The notes: generated from the letters alone by a model not told the origin. Shown: positions 13,711 through 29,524, numbered from the stretch's first letter. The stretch is DNA of 32,000 nt from Pseudomonas aeruginosa (GCF_001457615.1 NZ_LN831024.1:2100001-2132000); one strand, 5' to 3'. Program-made: numbers and translations.

Positions 13711-14229
13711 ATGGCCCAAGAGCTTTATACCCGCACCAACCAGAAGCTGTATTTCGCCGGGTTGGCTCTGGAGGCCTGGAAGCGAGCCGATGCCGAGCGG
13801 GCGATGAATGCCCAGGCGATCATCCAGGGGGAGCGCGAGTCGGCGCTGTTCCACCTTTATGGCGCAGTGCTCGGTGTATGCCATGAGATCGCCGGTTACT
13901 ACCGTCTGCCGCAGGCTGCCGCTCCTCGCGTGGATGCATTGCTGAATGCCGAAGTGCTGGCGGCCGCGCCCAGCCCCGAGCTGGCTGAACTGGTGGAGTT
14001 GGCGTCGCAGCCGGAAACCTGGCTGGGCCAGTTGCTGGGCGCCTACTCCGAGCTGTTCCTGCCGCCGCGACCGACCAAGGCAGCGAAGATCGACCCCAGC
14101 ACACCGTTGATCGTTGCCGTGAGTATCGACGAAGAAGCCCCCTTGCTTTCTCGCGAAACCCTCGAGGAATGGCGGCAGTCGCTGAAGCAATTGGTCCTGC
14201 GTTTTCGCGAGAGCCTGACGGAGCTGTAA
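13711..14229 (+). CDS. Conserved hypothetical protein
   Basis: Intact ORF MAQELYTRTNQKLYFAGLALEAWKRADAERAMNAQAIIQGERESALFHLYGAV... Confidence 0.8.
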   Translation: MAQELYTRTNQKLYFAGLALEAWKRADAERAMNAQAIIQGERESALFHLYGAVLGVCHEIAGYYRLPQAAAPRVDALLNAEVLAAAPSPELAELVELASQPETWLGQLLGAYSELFLPPRPTKAAKIDPSTPLIVAVSIDEEAPLLSRETLEEWRQSLKQLVLRFRESLTEL

Positions 14230-14250
14230 CGCCGTCGTCATTCGCCGATC

Positions 14251-14275
14251 AGCGGTAGGACATTTTCCTACCGTT
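14251..14275 (+). terminator. Hairpin downstream of the gene ending at 14229; weak candidate terminator
   Basis: CGGTAGGA-CATTT-TCCTACCG, an 8-bp perfect stem extended by weaker outer pairs, but no strong U-tract. Confidence 0.35.
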
Positions 14276-14434
14276 CCACTCGGTTGATTTGCCAGCAAAA
14301 AAATTTAGCGGATGCCGTCCGGGCGCTCTGGAACCGCCGTTACAGGCGCGAGAGGGGAACCGGAAGGCGGATGCGGGCTAGGGATGCACTGGATGGGCTG
14401 TTACAATGTCGCGTCTTCGTAGAGAGCGTCTGTC

Positions 14435-14668
14435 ATGCCAACATCCTTCCTTGAAATCGTAGAAATGCCCGACGGGCGCATCGTGCTGCGTCGCGCCGAT
14501 GACGAGGAGGCGTTGGTGACCCTGGAGTTCTCCGGGGACGCGAAGAATTTCCTGCAAGGCCAGCATGTCGAAGTGGCCAAGGCCATGTTCAATGTCGGCG
14601 TGCAAATGGCCGGTCGTCTTGCCGAGGGCGAGATGGAACACGACGAAGGCCCCCGCGTCCTGCACTGA
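14435..14668 (+). CDS. Small conserved hypothetical protein (77 aa)
   Basis: Intact ORF MPTSFLEIVEMPDGRIVLRRADDEEALVTLEFSGDAKNFLQGQHVEVAKAMFNVGVQMAGRL... Confidence 0.75.
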   Translation: MPTSFLEIVEMPDGRIVLRRADDEEALVTLEFSGDAKNFLQGQHVEVAKAMFNVGVQMAGRLAEGEMEHDEGPRVLH

Positions 14669-14689
14669 ACGCTGTCCCCCGCCGTTTTT

Positions 14690-15175
14690 TCAACCCAGAC
14701 GAATATTCAGGCTCTGTGCTTGGCCCAGTTGGGCGGCGCGGGACAGTTGCTTGCGCGCCGCCCGGCTCAGCGGTTCCAGCCAACTGACCACGGTGTGGCT
14801 GCGGCCCAGGCGCAAGGCCTCGCAACTGAGCGCCAGGGCAGCGGCGTTGTCCTTCGCCTGCAGTAGCAGGATGCGCTCGCGGTTCAGGCCGGCGCGGCGC
14901 AGCCATTCATGGGTCAGGCTCGCCGGCGGAGCGATCAGGGTCAGCCAGCGGGCATCCTGTTCCTCGCTGAGCTCGCGGAGAATCGGTGCGAGCAGGGTCA
15001 GGCAGTGCCCCGGCAGGCCGCTGAGCGAAAGTTCGCTAAAGGCAGCGGGTTCCTCGATGGAGGCACTGGAAGGGCTGTCGATGACATCGTCGAGCAAGGG
15101 TGCGCCGTTGCTGGCCCAGAACGCTTCCTGGAACAGTGGCAACTGGGCGCTGGGCAGCGAGTGGGAGGTCTGCAT
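14690..15175 (-). CDS. sulA: SOS cell division inhibitor SulA
   Basis: 161-aa MQTSHSLPSAQLPLFQEAF... with WLTLIAPPASLTHEWLRRAGLNRERILLLQ, characteristic of SulA; immediately downstream of lexA. Confidence 0.92.
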   Translation of the reverse strand: MQTSHSLPSAQLPLFQEAFWASNGAPLLDDVIDSPSSASIEEPAAFSELSLSGLPGHCLTLLAPILRELSEEQDARWLTLIAPPASLTHEWLRRAGLNRERILLLQAKDNAAALALSCEALRLGRSHTVVSWLEPLSRAARKQLSRAAQLGQAQSLNIRLG

Positions 15176-15186
15176 GGTATCTCCTG

Positions 15187-15801
15187 TCAGCGCCGGATCA
15201 CGCCGACGCTCAAGCCTTCGATGATCAGTTCCTGCTCCTTCAGATCGACTTCGATCGGAGCGAACTCAGGGTTTTCCGCCAGCAGCCAGACCTTGCTGCC
15301 TTCGCGCTTGAAGCGTTTCACCGTGACCTCCTCGCCGATCCGCGCGACCACCACCTGGCCGTTGCGCGCTTCGCGGGTGACGTGGACGGCCAGCAGGTCG
15401 CCGTCGAGGATGCCGATGTCCTTCATGCTCATGCCGCGCACGCGCAACAGGTAGTCGGCGCGAGGATTGAAGAAGGCGGGATTGATACGGCAGGATTCCT
15501 CGATGTTCTGTTCGGCGAGGATCGGTGCGCCGGCGGCGACCCGTCCGATCACCGGCAGGCCCTCATCGTCGTTGGCGGCATGCGGTTCGAAGCCGGGAAT
15601 GCGGATGCCGCGAGAGGCGCCCGGAGTCATTTCGATGGCGCCCTTGCGTGCCAGCGCCTTGAGGTGCTCCTCGGCGGCGTTCGGCGACTTGAAGCCGAGT
15701 TCCTGGGCGATTTCCGCCCGGGTCGGCGGAAAGCCGTGGTCTTCCAGGCAGCGCTTGATGAAGGAGAGGATCTCGGCTTGGCGGGGCGTCAGCTTCTGCA
15801 T
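15187..15801 (-). CDS. lexA: LexA repressor
   Basis: 204 aa; N-terminal [50 protein letters not shown], autocleavage region VAAGAPI, catalytic GMSM, VKRFKR lysine region. Confidence 0.98.
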   Translation of the reverse strand: MQKLTPRQAEILSFIKRCLEDHGFPPTRAEIAQELGFKSPNAAEEHLKALARKGAIEMTPGASRGIRIPGFEPHAANDDEGLPVIGRVAAGAPILAEQNIEESCRINPAFFNPRADYLLRVRGMSMKDIGILDGDLLAVHVTREARNGQVVVARIGEEVTVKRFKREGSKVWLLAENPEFAPIEVDLKEQELIIEGLSVGVIRR

Positions 15802-15829
15802 GTCGTCGCTCTGTGTTTTTATCCAGTGA

Positions 15830-15845
15830 CTGGGATTATATACAG
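15830..15845 (-). promoter_or_regulatory. LexA box upstream of lexA-sulA
   Basis: Reverse strand CTGTATATAATCCCAG matches CTG-N10-CAG and overlaps a TATAAT -10. Confidence 0.9.
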
Positions 15846-15862
15846 TGAGCGGGGCGTGGCAA
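15835..15862 (-). promoter_or_regulatory. sigma70 promoter of lexA-sulA
   Basis: Reverse strand TTGCCA (15862-15857), 16-bp spacer, TATAAT (15840-15835). Confidence 0.75.
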
Positions 15863-15972
15863 TGATTTTCCGCATGACATTTCGTCCTGCGTCACGATGA
15901 AGTTGGCCAGTGTCTTGCTTCCGTTTTTCGGGACTTCTCTGTAATTTTCCTGACTGGTGCGTCATCTGCCGC

Positions 15973-16002
15973 TTGACAAGGGATGTGGCTGAAACGTATG
16001 TT
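15973..16002 (+). promoter_or_regulatory. Candidate sigma70 promoter of psrA
   Basis: TTGACA (15973-15978), 18-bp spacer, TATGTT (15997-16002). The -10 lies inside the first PsrA box. Confidence 0.6.
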
Positions 16003-16017
16003 TCAAACAAGTGTTTG
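15991..16017. promoter_or_regulatory. Tandem PsrA operator upstream of psrA
   Basis: GAAACGTATGTTTC (15991-16004) and CAAACAAGTGTTTG (16004-16017), both fitting (G/C)AAAC-N4-GTTT(G/C), overlapping by one base. Confidence 0.8.
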
Positions 16018-16032
16018 TCAGGCGGAGAAACC

Positions 16033-16734
16033 ATGGCCCAGTCGGAAACCGTCGAACGCATTCTCGATGCGGCGGAACAGCTGTTCGCGGAAAAAGGCTT
16101 CGCCGAAACCTCGTTGCGTCTGATCACCAGCAAGGCCGGGGTCAACCTGGCGGCGGTGAATTATCACTTCGGTTCGAAGAAGGCGCTGATCCAGGCGGTG
16201 TTCTCGCGCTTCCTCGGGCCATTCTGCGTCAGCCTGGAAAAGGAGCTGGATCGTCGCCAGGCCAAGCCCGAGGCCCAGCACGCCACCCTGGAGGACCTCC
16301 TGCACCTGCTGGTGTCCCAGGCGATGGCGGTGAAGCCGCGCAGCGGCAACGACCTGTCGATCTTCATGCGCTTGCTCGGCCTGGCCTTCAGCCAGAGCCA
16401 GGGGCACCTGCGCAAGTACCTGGAGGAGGTCTACGGCAAGGTCTTCCGGCGCTACATGCTGCTGGTCAACGAGGCGGCGCCGAAGCTGCCGCCCATCGAG
16501 CTGTTCTGGCGCGTGCACTTCATGCTCGGCGCGGCCGCCTTCAGCATGTCGGGGATCAAGGCCCTGCGGGCGATGGCGGAAACCGATTTCGGCGTGAACA
16601 CTTCCACCGAGCAGGTGATGCACCTGATGGTGCCGTTCTTCGCCGCCGGCATGCGCGCCGAGAGCGGCATCGACGATCCGCTGCTGGCCGGGGCGCAACT
16701 GCGCCCGCGGAACAAGACGCCCGCCAAGGCCTGA
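16033..16734 (+). CDS. psrA: TetR-family transcriptional regulator PsrA
   Basis: 233-aa MAQSETVERILDAAEQLFAEKGFAETSLRLITSKAGVNLAAVNYHFGSKKALIQAV..., a TetR HTH; PsrA assigned from context next to lexA plus PsrA-type boxes. Confidence 0.92.
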   Translation: MAQSETVERILDAAEQLFAEKGFAETSLRLITSKAGVNLAAVNYHFGSKKALIQAVFSRFLGPFCVSLEKELDRRQAKPEAQHATLEDLLHLLVSQAMAVKPRSGNDLSIFMRLLGLAFSQSQGHLRKYLEEVYGKVFRRYMLLVNEAAPKLPPIELFWRVHFMLGAAAFSMSGIKALRAMAETDFGVNTSTEQVMHLMVPFFAAGMRAESGIDDPLLAGAQLRPRNKTPAKA

Positions 16735-16740
16735 TTGCAG

Positions 16741-16765
16741 ACGGCGCCCGAGGGCGCCGTTTTAC
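16741..16765 (+). terminator. Rho-independent terminator downstream of psrA
   Basis: ACGGCGCCC-GAG-GGCGCCGT followed by TTTAC, right after the psrA stop. Confidence 0.75.
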
Positions 16766-16935
16766 TTTCCCCTTTCTCTGTGCTCCGGGCGGAACTCCAT
16801 GCGCCGGGCCGGCTCCATTGGCAGGCGCGCGGCACTGTCCCGGGACTTAAGTCTTTCTGCCGGGTGCAGTACAGTGTGCGCTGTCTGAGGCCCGTGACGG
16901 CGGGCTTCGCTGATTTCCAGGCCATAGGACTTTTC

Positions 16936-18686
<1,751 letters not shown>

Positions 18687-18701
18687 GCGGCCATCGCAAC
18701 G

Positions 18702-18729
18702 AAAAAAAGGCCGCTATTGCGGCCTTTTT
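18702..18729. terminator. Bidirectional Rho-independent terminator between convergent genes
   Basis: AAAAAAAGGCCGCTATTGCGGCCTTTTTC: stem with an A-run on one side and a T-run on the other, 2 bp from the stop of the minus-strand gene. Confidence 0.88.
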
Positions 18730-18731
18730 CG

Positions 18732-19361
18732 CTATTGCGCAGGAGGTGCGGCGTCGAAACCGCCTTCGACGGGAGGCGCGTCCGCCGGTGCCTGCTGTTC
18801 TTCCATTTCCATGGGATTGGGGGCGGCGGGACGGGCGCCGACCGGCACCACCTTGATCAGGATGCCCAGGCTCGGATGGTCGAGATAGGTCAGTTCGCCA
18901 TTCTTCAGCCGCGTGCCCTGCCTGATGTGCTGGCTGCCGGCGAGGAAACCGTCGTCGCCGAAGCGATTGACCCAGAAATCGGCCTCCATGTCGACGAAGC
19001 GCACCTGGCTGAGGGTCAGCGTACCTTCCACCGGGAAATGATGATCCTGTTCCTGGCCTTCGCTGAGGGCGATCTTCACCGGGGTCTCGCCGATGTCCTG
19101 GCGCCAGGCCTTGTGCAGCAGCACGGTGTAGCCGTTGTCCTGGCTGAGCTTGGCGAGCTGGTTGTCGAGCGCGGTGGCGCGCAGGGCGTCGCTGGCCAGC
19201 GGCTGTGCGCCGGTGGCCCAGTCGTCCGGCGCCGGCTGGCTGGACGGCACGGCATCGCCGGCCTGGCGGAACACCACCAGTTCCACCTGGTAGGGACCGC
19301 CGGCGAATGCCGCGGGGGCGGCCAGTGAGAGCAGCAGGGCAAGGCAACGGAACAAGCGCAT
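18732..19361 (-). CDS. Predicted secreted CsiV-like protein
   Basis: 209 aa MRLFRCLALLLSLAAPAAFAGGPYQVELVVFRQAGDAVPSSQ...GTLTLSQVRFVDMEADFWV...GTRLKNGELTYLDHPSLGILIKVVPV, CsiV-type architecture. Confidence 0.78.
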   Translation of the reverse strand: MRLFRCLALLLSLAAPAAFAGGPYQVELVVFRQAGDAVPSSQPAPDDWATGAQPLASDALRATALDNQLAKLSQDNGYTVLLHKAWRQDIGETPVKIALSEGQEQDHHFPVEGTLTLSQVRFVDMEADFWVNRFGDDGFLAGSQHIRQGTRLKNGELTYLDHPSLGILIKVVPVGARPAAPNPMEMEEQQAPADAPPVEGGFDAAPPAQ

Positions 19362-19371
19362 AGGCTAATCC

Positions 19372-22824
<3,453 letters not shown>

Positions 22825-22975
22825 GCTGGGCTCCGGTCGGGAATTTGACCCGCCGGATTGTAACTTTCCCGACTGCTGGATGTCAGTCTTCCGACTGCTG
22901 CAGATTGCCGAGCCTGGCCGGCGCGGTCATAATGTAGCCCCTTTTTTCATCCCCTACATGTGGAAGGTATTGCCC

Positions 22976-24424
22976 GTGACTCAGAAGCCCGACCAGTGTC
23001 TCGGTGAATGGATCGATCGTGAAGCCATCGCGGAAGCCATGATCCCGCTGATTGGCCAGCTCTACCGCAATAACAATGTGGTGACCTCGATCCATGGCCG
23101 TGGTCTGATCAACCGCTCGGTGATCGCGATCATGAAGGCGCATCGTTTCGCCCGTCATCGCATGGCTGATGACGCCGAGCTGTCGGTTCACGAGACGTTC
23201 CCGATCCTCAAGGCGATGAGCGAGCTCAAGCTGGGCGCCGCTTCCGTCGATCTGGGCAAGATGGTCGCCAAGTTCAAGGCAGAAGGTAACGGCCGCAGCA
23301 TCGAGGACTTCGTCAAGGCCGAGCTGGCCGAGGTGGTCGGCAAGCAGAACGGCGATGCCCGCGAAGGCACCGACGTCGTGCTCTACGGCTTCGGCCGCAT
23401 CGGCCGCCTGCTGGCGCGCATCCTGATCGAGAAGACCGGCGGCGGCGACGGCCTGCGCCTGCGCGCGATCGTCGTGCGCAAGGGCGCCGAGAACGACCTG
23501 GTCAAGCGGGCCAGCCTGCTGCGTCGGGACTCGGTGCACGGTCCGTTCGACGGCACCATCACCATCGACGAAGAAAACAACACGCTGACCGCCAACGGCA
23601 ACCTGATCCAGGTGATCTACTCCAACGACCCGGCGTCGATCGACTACACCCAGTACGGCATCAAGAACGCCCTGCTGGTCGACAACACCGGCAAGTGGCG
23701 CGACGCCGAAGGCCTCGGCCAGCACCTGAAGTGCCCGGGGATCGATCGCGTGGTCCTTACCGCTCCGGGCAAGGGTGCGCTGAAGAACATCGTGCACGGT
23801 ATCAACCACACCGACATCGGCGCCGACGACAAGATCATCTCGGCCGCCTCCTGCACCACCAACGCCATCGTGCCGGTGCTGAAGGCCGTCAACGACCAGT
23901 ACGGCATCGTCAACGGTCACGTCGAGACCGTTCACTCGTACACCAACGACCAGAACCTGATCGACAACTTCCACAAGGGCAGTCGTCGTGGCCGCAGCGC
24001 GCCGCTGAACATGGTGATCACCGAGACCGGTGCCGCCACCGCCGCGGCCAAGGCCCTGCCGGTGCTGAAAGGCAAGCTGACCGGCAATGCGATCCGTGTG
24101 CCGACGCCGAACGTGTCCATGGCGATCCTCAACCTGAACCTGGAAAAGGCCACCACCCGCGAAGAGATCAACGAGTACCTGCGCCAGATGGCCATGCACT
24201 CGGACCTGCAGAAGCAGATCGACTTCGTCAGCTCCCAGGAAGTGGTTTCCACCGACTTCGTCGGTTCGCGCCATGCCGGCGTGGTGGACGCCGAGGCGAC
24301 CATCTGCAACGACAACCGTGTCGTCCTGTACGTGTGGTACGACAACGAGTTCGGCTACAGCTGCCAGGTAGTGCGCGTGATGGAAGACATGGCTGGGGTC
24401 AACCCGCCGGCCTTCCCGCGTTGA
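22976..24424 (+). CDS. Glyceraldehyde-3-phosphate dehydrogenase, long form with N-terminal extension
   Basis: GTG start at 22976 (MTQKPDQCLGEWIDREAIAEAM...) preceded by GGAAGG. GAPDH core YGFGRIGRLLARIL, catalytic ISAASCTTNAIVPVLKAV, WYDNEFGYSCQVVRVMEDM; about 130 residues precede the dehydrogenase domain. Confidence 0.88.
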   Translation: MTQKPDQCLGEWIDREAIAEAMIPLIGQLYRNNNVVTSIHGRGLINRSVIAIMKAHRFARHRMADDAELSVHETFPILKAMSELKLGAASVDLGKMVAKFKAEGNGRSIEDFVKAELAEVVGKQNGDAREGTDVVLYGFGRIGRLLARILIEKTGGGDGLRLRAIVVRKGAENDLVKRASLLRRDSVHGPFDGTITIDEENNTLTANGNLIQVIYSNDPASIDYTQYGIKNALLVDNTGKWRDAEGLGQHLKCPGIDRVVLTAPGKGALKNIVHGINHTDIGADDKIISAASCTTNAIVPVLKAVNDQYGIVNGHVETVHSYTNDQNLIDNFHKGSRRGRSAPLNMVITETGAATAAAKALPVLKGKLTGNAIRVPTPNVSMAILNLNLEKATTREEINEYLRQMAMHSDLQKQIDFVSSQEVVSTDFVGSRHAGVVDAEATICNDNRVVLYVWYDNEFGYSCQVVRVMEDMAGVNPPAFPR

Positions 24425-24444
24425 TGCGCAAGGCGTAGAGGAAA

Positions 24445-24476
24445 ACGGGAGCTCTCGGGCTCCCGTTTTTCATTTC
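24445..24476 (+). terminator. Rho-independent terminator after the GAPDH gene
   Basis: ACGGGAG-ctctcggg-CTCCCGT followed by TTTTCATTTC. Confidence 0.85.
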
Positions 24477-24525
24477 TGTGGATAACCAGAACAAGAAACT
24501 ACTCACTTCGATTTAGGGTTTTTCA

Positions 24526-25935
24526 ATGGATGGTCAACATCTGCACCAGGGCGAGCTGAAGCGTGGCCTGAAGAATCGCCACATCCAGTTGATCGCGCTG
24601 GGCGGGGCGATCGGCACCGGGCTGTTCCTCGGCTCGGCGGGCGTCATCAAGACGGCCGGCCCGTCGATGATCCTCGGTTACGCCATTGGCGGCTTCATCG
24701 CCTTCCTGATCATGCGCCAGCTCGGCGAGATGATCGTCGAGGAGCCGGTGGCCGGCTCCTTCAGTCACTTCGCACACAAGTACTGGGGCGGATTCGCCGG
24801 TTTCCTTTCCGGCTGGAACTACTGGGTGCTGTACATCCTGGTGGGCATGTCGGAGCTGACCGCGGTGGGCAAGTACATCCAGTACTGGTGGCCGGACGTG
24901 CCGACCTGGGCGACGGCGGCGGCGTTCTTCGTGCTGATCAACGCGATCAACCTGGCCAACGTGAAAGCCTTCGGCGAGACCGAGTTCTGGTTCGCGATCA
25001 TCAAGGTAGCGGCGATCGTCGGCATGATCCTGCTCGGTATCTACCTGCTGGTCGGCGGCGGTGGCGGACCGCAAGCCTCGGTGAGCAACCTGTGGGACCG
25101 CGGCGGCTTCTTCCCCAACGGTCTCAGCGGCCTGGTGATGACCCTGGCGATCATCATGTTCTCCTTCGGTGGCCTGGAGCTGGTGGGCATCACCGCCGCC
25201 GAGGCGTCCGAGCCGAGGAAGGTGATTCCCAAGGCGATCAACCAGGTGATCTACCGGATCCTCATCTTCTATATCGGCGCCCTGGCGGTGCTGCTCTCGC
25301 TGTATCCATGGGACCAGTTGGTGGAGACCATCAACGCTTCCGGCGACGACTACAGTGGCAGCCCGTTCGTGCAGATCTTCTCGTTGATCGGCAGCGGCAC
25401 CGCGGCCAACATCCTCAACTTCGTAGTCCTCACCGCGGCATTGTCGGTCTACAACAGCGGCGTCTACTGCAACAGCCGGATGCTCTACGGCCTGGCCGCC
25501 CAGGGCGACGCGCCGAAGGTGCTGATGTCGGTGGACCGCCGGGGCGTGCCGGTGCTGTCGATCCTGGTCTCGGCGCTGATCACCTTCCTCTGCGTGATCG
25601 TCAACTACGTATTGCCGCACAAGGCGCTGGAGCTGCTGATGTCGCTGGTGGTGGCGGCGCTGGTGATCAACTGGGCGATGATCAGCCTGTCGCACCTGAA
25701 GTTCCGCGCGGCGATGAAGCGCCAGGGCGTGGACACCTTCTTCAAGGCGCTCTGGTCGCCGTTCAGCAACTACCTGTGCCTGGCCTTCGTGGTGTTCATC
25801 CTTGGCATCATGCTGATGATCCCCGGGATCAACATCTCGGTGTACGCCATTCCATTCTGGCTGCTGCTGATGTGGTTGTGCTACCGGGTCAAGCTGTCGC
25901 TGGCGGAAAGGCGCGGGCTCGGCCAGCAGGCCTGA
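24526..25935 (+). CDS. aroP: Amino acid permease of the APC superfamily, aromatic amino acid transporter type
   Basis: 469 aa MDGQHLHQGELKRGLKNRHIQLIALGGAIGTGLFLGSAGVIKTAGPSMILGYAIGGFIAFLIMRQLGEM..., the canonical AAT-family start. Substrate not provable from sequence alone. Confidence 0.85.
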   Translation: MDGQHLHQGELKRGLKNRHIQLIALGGAIGTGLFLGSAGVIKTAGPSMILGYAIGGFIAFLIMRQLGEMIVEEPVAGSFSHFAHKYWGGFAGFLSGWNYWVLYILVGMSELTAVGKYIQYWWPDVPTWATAAAFFVLINAINLANVKAFGETEFWFAIIKVAAIVGMILLGIYLLVGGGGGPQASVSNLWDRGGFFPNGLSGLVMTLAIIMFSFGGLELVGITAAEASEPRKVIPKAINQVIYRILIFYIGALAVLLSLYPWDQLVETINASGDDYSGSPFVQIFSLIGSGTAANILNFVVLTAALSVYNSGVYCNSRMLYGLAAQGDAPKVLMSVDRRGVPVLSILVSALITFLCVIVNYVLPHKALELLMSLVVAALVINWAMISLSHLKFRAAMKRQGVDTFFKALWSPFSNYLCLAFVVFILGIMLMIPGINISVYAIPFWLLLMWLCYRVKLSLAERRGLGQQA

Positions 25936-25953
25936 GCCTGCGGGTGGCGCAGG

Positions 25954-25983
25954 ACGGGAGCTTCGGCTCCCGTTTTTCATTTC
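25954..25983 (+). terminator. Rho-independent terminator after the permease gene
   Basis: ACGGGAGC-TTCG-GCTCCCGT with a UUCG tetraloop followed by TTTTCATTTC. Confidence 0.9.
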
Positions 25984-26184
25984 GCACGGGCATGTTTTTC
26001 TGTCGTTTTCTGTTACGCGTTTCAAGACCCGGTGTGCGGCTTGGGTGGCTCCCGGGGAGGTGGCTCTTTATAATCCCGGGGTTACCTTGCGGGGCCATTC
26101 ATCAATCGTGCCAATTCAGTACGTTGCGCGCGATGATGGTCATTTTCTGACTTGGGCCTCGTCTTTTCTGTCCACGACCACTAG

Positions 26185-27531
<1,347 letters not shown>

Positions 27532-27534
27532 GCC

Positions 27535-28746
27535 ATGGGTTTGCGTAACCTGCTCGACAAGGTCGAGCATCATTTCGAGAAGGGCGGGCGCTACGAGAAG
27601 TGGTACCCGCTGTACGAAGCCGTGGACACCTTCCTCTATCGTCCGGGCAGCGTCACCCGCACCACTGCACACGTGCGCGACGGCATCGACCTGAAGCGCA
27701 TGATGATCATCGTCTGGCTATGCACCTTCCCGGCGATGTTCTTCGGCATGTACAACGTCGGCCACCAGGCCAACCTGATCTTCGCCCAGAGCCCCGACCT
27801 GTTGAGCGCCCAGGATGGCTGGCGCTTCGCCCTGATCGGCGCGCTGGCCGGGTTCGACCCGAACAGCCTGTGGGATTGCCTGGTCCAGGGCGCCGCGTAC
27901 TTCCTGCCGGTGTACCTGACCACCTTCATCGTCGGCGGTTTCTGGGAGGTGCTGTTCGCCAGCATCCGCCGCCACGAGGTCAACGAAGGCTTCTTCGTCA
28001 CCTCGGTGCTGTTCGCCCTGACCCTGCCGCCGTCCGTCCCGCTGTGGCAGGTAGCCCTGGGGATCAGCTTCGGCGTGGTGCTGGGCAAGGAAGTGTTCGG
28101 CGGCACCGGGAAGAACTTCCTCAATCCGGCACTGGTCGGCCGGGCCTTCCTGTTCTTCGCCTACCCGGCGCAGATGTCCGGCGACGCGGTATGGACCTCG
28201 GTGGACGGCTTCGCCGGCGCCACCTCGCTGAGCCTGGCCGCCGCCGGCGGGGTGGACAACATCCTCGGCCACGGCCTGACCTGGATGGATGCCTTCCTCG
28301 GCCACATGCAGGGTTCGATGGGCGAGACCAGCACCCTGGCGATCTTCATCGGCGGCGCCGTGCTGCTGCTGACCCGCATCGCCTCCTGGCGCATCGTCGC
28401 CGGGGTGATGCTGGGGATGGTCGCCATGAGCTATCTGTTCAACGCCATCGGCTCGGCCAGCAACCCGATGTTCGCCATGCCCTGGTATTGGCACCTGGTC
28501 ACCGGCGGCTTCGCCTTCGGCATGATCTTCATGGCCACCGACCCGGTCTCGGCGTCCATGACCGATACCGGCAAGTGGCTGTTCGGCGCCCTGATCGGAG
28601 TGATGGTCATGCTGATCCGGGTGGTCAACCCGGCGTTCCCGGAAGGCATGATGCTGGCGATCCTGTTCGCCAACCTGTTCGCACCGCTGATCGACCATTT
28701 CGTCGTTCAGGCCAACATCAAGCGGAGGCTGGCGCGCAATGGCTAA
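27535..28746 (+). CDS. nqrB: NADH:quinone oxidoreductase (NQR) subunit B
   Basis: 403 aa [35 protein letters not shown]...; FMN attachment motif FAGATSLS. Confidence 0.97.
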   Translation: MGLRNLLDKVEHHFEKGGRYEKWYPLYEAVDTFLYRPGSVTRTTAHVRDGIDLKRMMIIVWLCTFPAMFFGMYNVGHQANLIFAQSPDLLSAQDGWRFALIGALAGFDPNSLWDCLVQGAAYFLPVYLTTFIVGGFWEVLFASIRRHEVNEGFFVTSVLFALTLPPSVPLWQVALGISFGVVLGKEVFGGTGKNFLNPALVGRAFLFFAYPAQMSGDAVWTSVDGFAGATSLSLAAAGGVDNILGHGLTWMDAFLGHMQGSMGETSTLAIFIGGAVLLLTRIASWRIVAGVMLGMVAMSYLFNAIGSASNPMFAMPWYWHLVTGGFAFGMIFMATDPVSASMTDTGKWLFGALIGVMVMLIRVVNPAFPEGMMLAILFANLFAPLIDHFVVQANIKRRLARNG

Positions 28747-29524
28747 TCAAGAATCCACCACCCGCACACTGCTGGTAGCCCTGGTGGTGTGCCTGGTCAG
28801 CTCGGTGTTCGTCGCCGGCGCGGCGGTGGCGCTGAAGCCGACCCAGGCGGAAAACCGCCTGCTCGACAAGCAGCGCAGCATCCTCGCCATCGCTGGTCTC
28901 GGCGAGCCGGGCATGTCCGGCAAAGAGGTCAAGGCGCTGTTCGACAGTCGCATCACCGCCAAGGTGGTCGACCTGCAGAGCGGCACCTTCAGCGATGCCC
29001 AGGACCCGCTCGGCTACGACCCGCTGAAAGCGGCCAAGGACCCGGCGCTGTCGGATGCGCTGCCCGCCGCCGAGGACATCGCCTCGATCAAGCGCCGCGA
29101 GCGCTATACCACGGTCTACCTGGTGGAGACCGACGGCAAGCTCGACACCCTGATCCTGCCGGTGCGCGGCTACGGTCTGTGGTCGACCCTCTACGGCTTC
29201 CTGGCGCTCAAGGGCGACCTCAACACGGTCGCCGGCTTCGGCTTCTACCAGCATGGCGAGACCCCCGGTCTCGGCGGCGAGGTCGACAATCCGAAATGGA
29301 AGGCGCTGTGGGTCGGCAAGACCCTCTACGACGCCCAGGGCGATCTTGCGGTACAGATCATCAAGGGCTCGGTGGACCCGCAATCGGCGAAGGCGACCCA
29401 CCAGGTCGACGGCCTGGCCGGCGCCACCCTGACCAGCAAGGGTGTCGACAACCTGCTGCATTTCTGGCTCGGCAAGGACGGTTTCGACGCCTTCCTCGCC
29501 AATCTGCGCAAAGGGGAGGCGTGA
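28739..29524 (+). CDS. nqrC: NQR subunit C
   Basis: 261 aa; covalent FMN motif [13 protein letters not shown]; overlaps the nqrB end by 8 bp. Confidence 0.96.
   Translation: MANQESTTRTLLVALVVCLVSSVFVAGAAVALKPTQAENRLLDKQRSILAIAGLGEPGMSGKEVKALFDSRITAKVVDLQSGTFSDAQDPLGYDPLKAAKDPALSDALPAAEDIASIKRRERYTTVYLVETDGKLDTLILPVRGYGLWSTLYGFLALKGDLNTVAGFGFYQHGETPGLGGEVDNPKWKALWVGKTLYDAQGDLAVQIIKGSVDPQSAKATHQVDGLAGATLTSKGVDNLLHFWLGKDGFDAFLANLRKGEA

Noticed and set aside
11184-13712. 842-aa reverse-strand ORF opposite topA
   Set aside because: Antisense shadow of topA; no domain motifs, composition typical of complementary-strand GC-rich artefacts.
22883-24274. 463-aa reverse-strand ORF opposite the GAPDH gene
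   Set aside because: Antisense artefact; the forward frame has the full GAPDH catalytic motif set.
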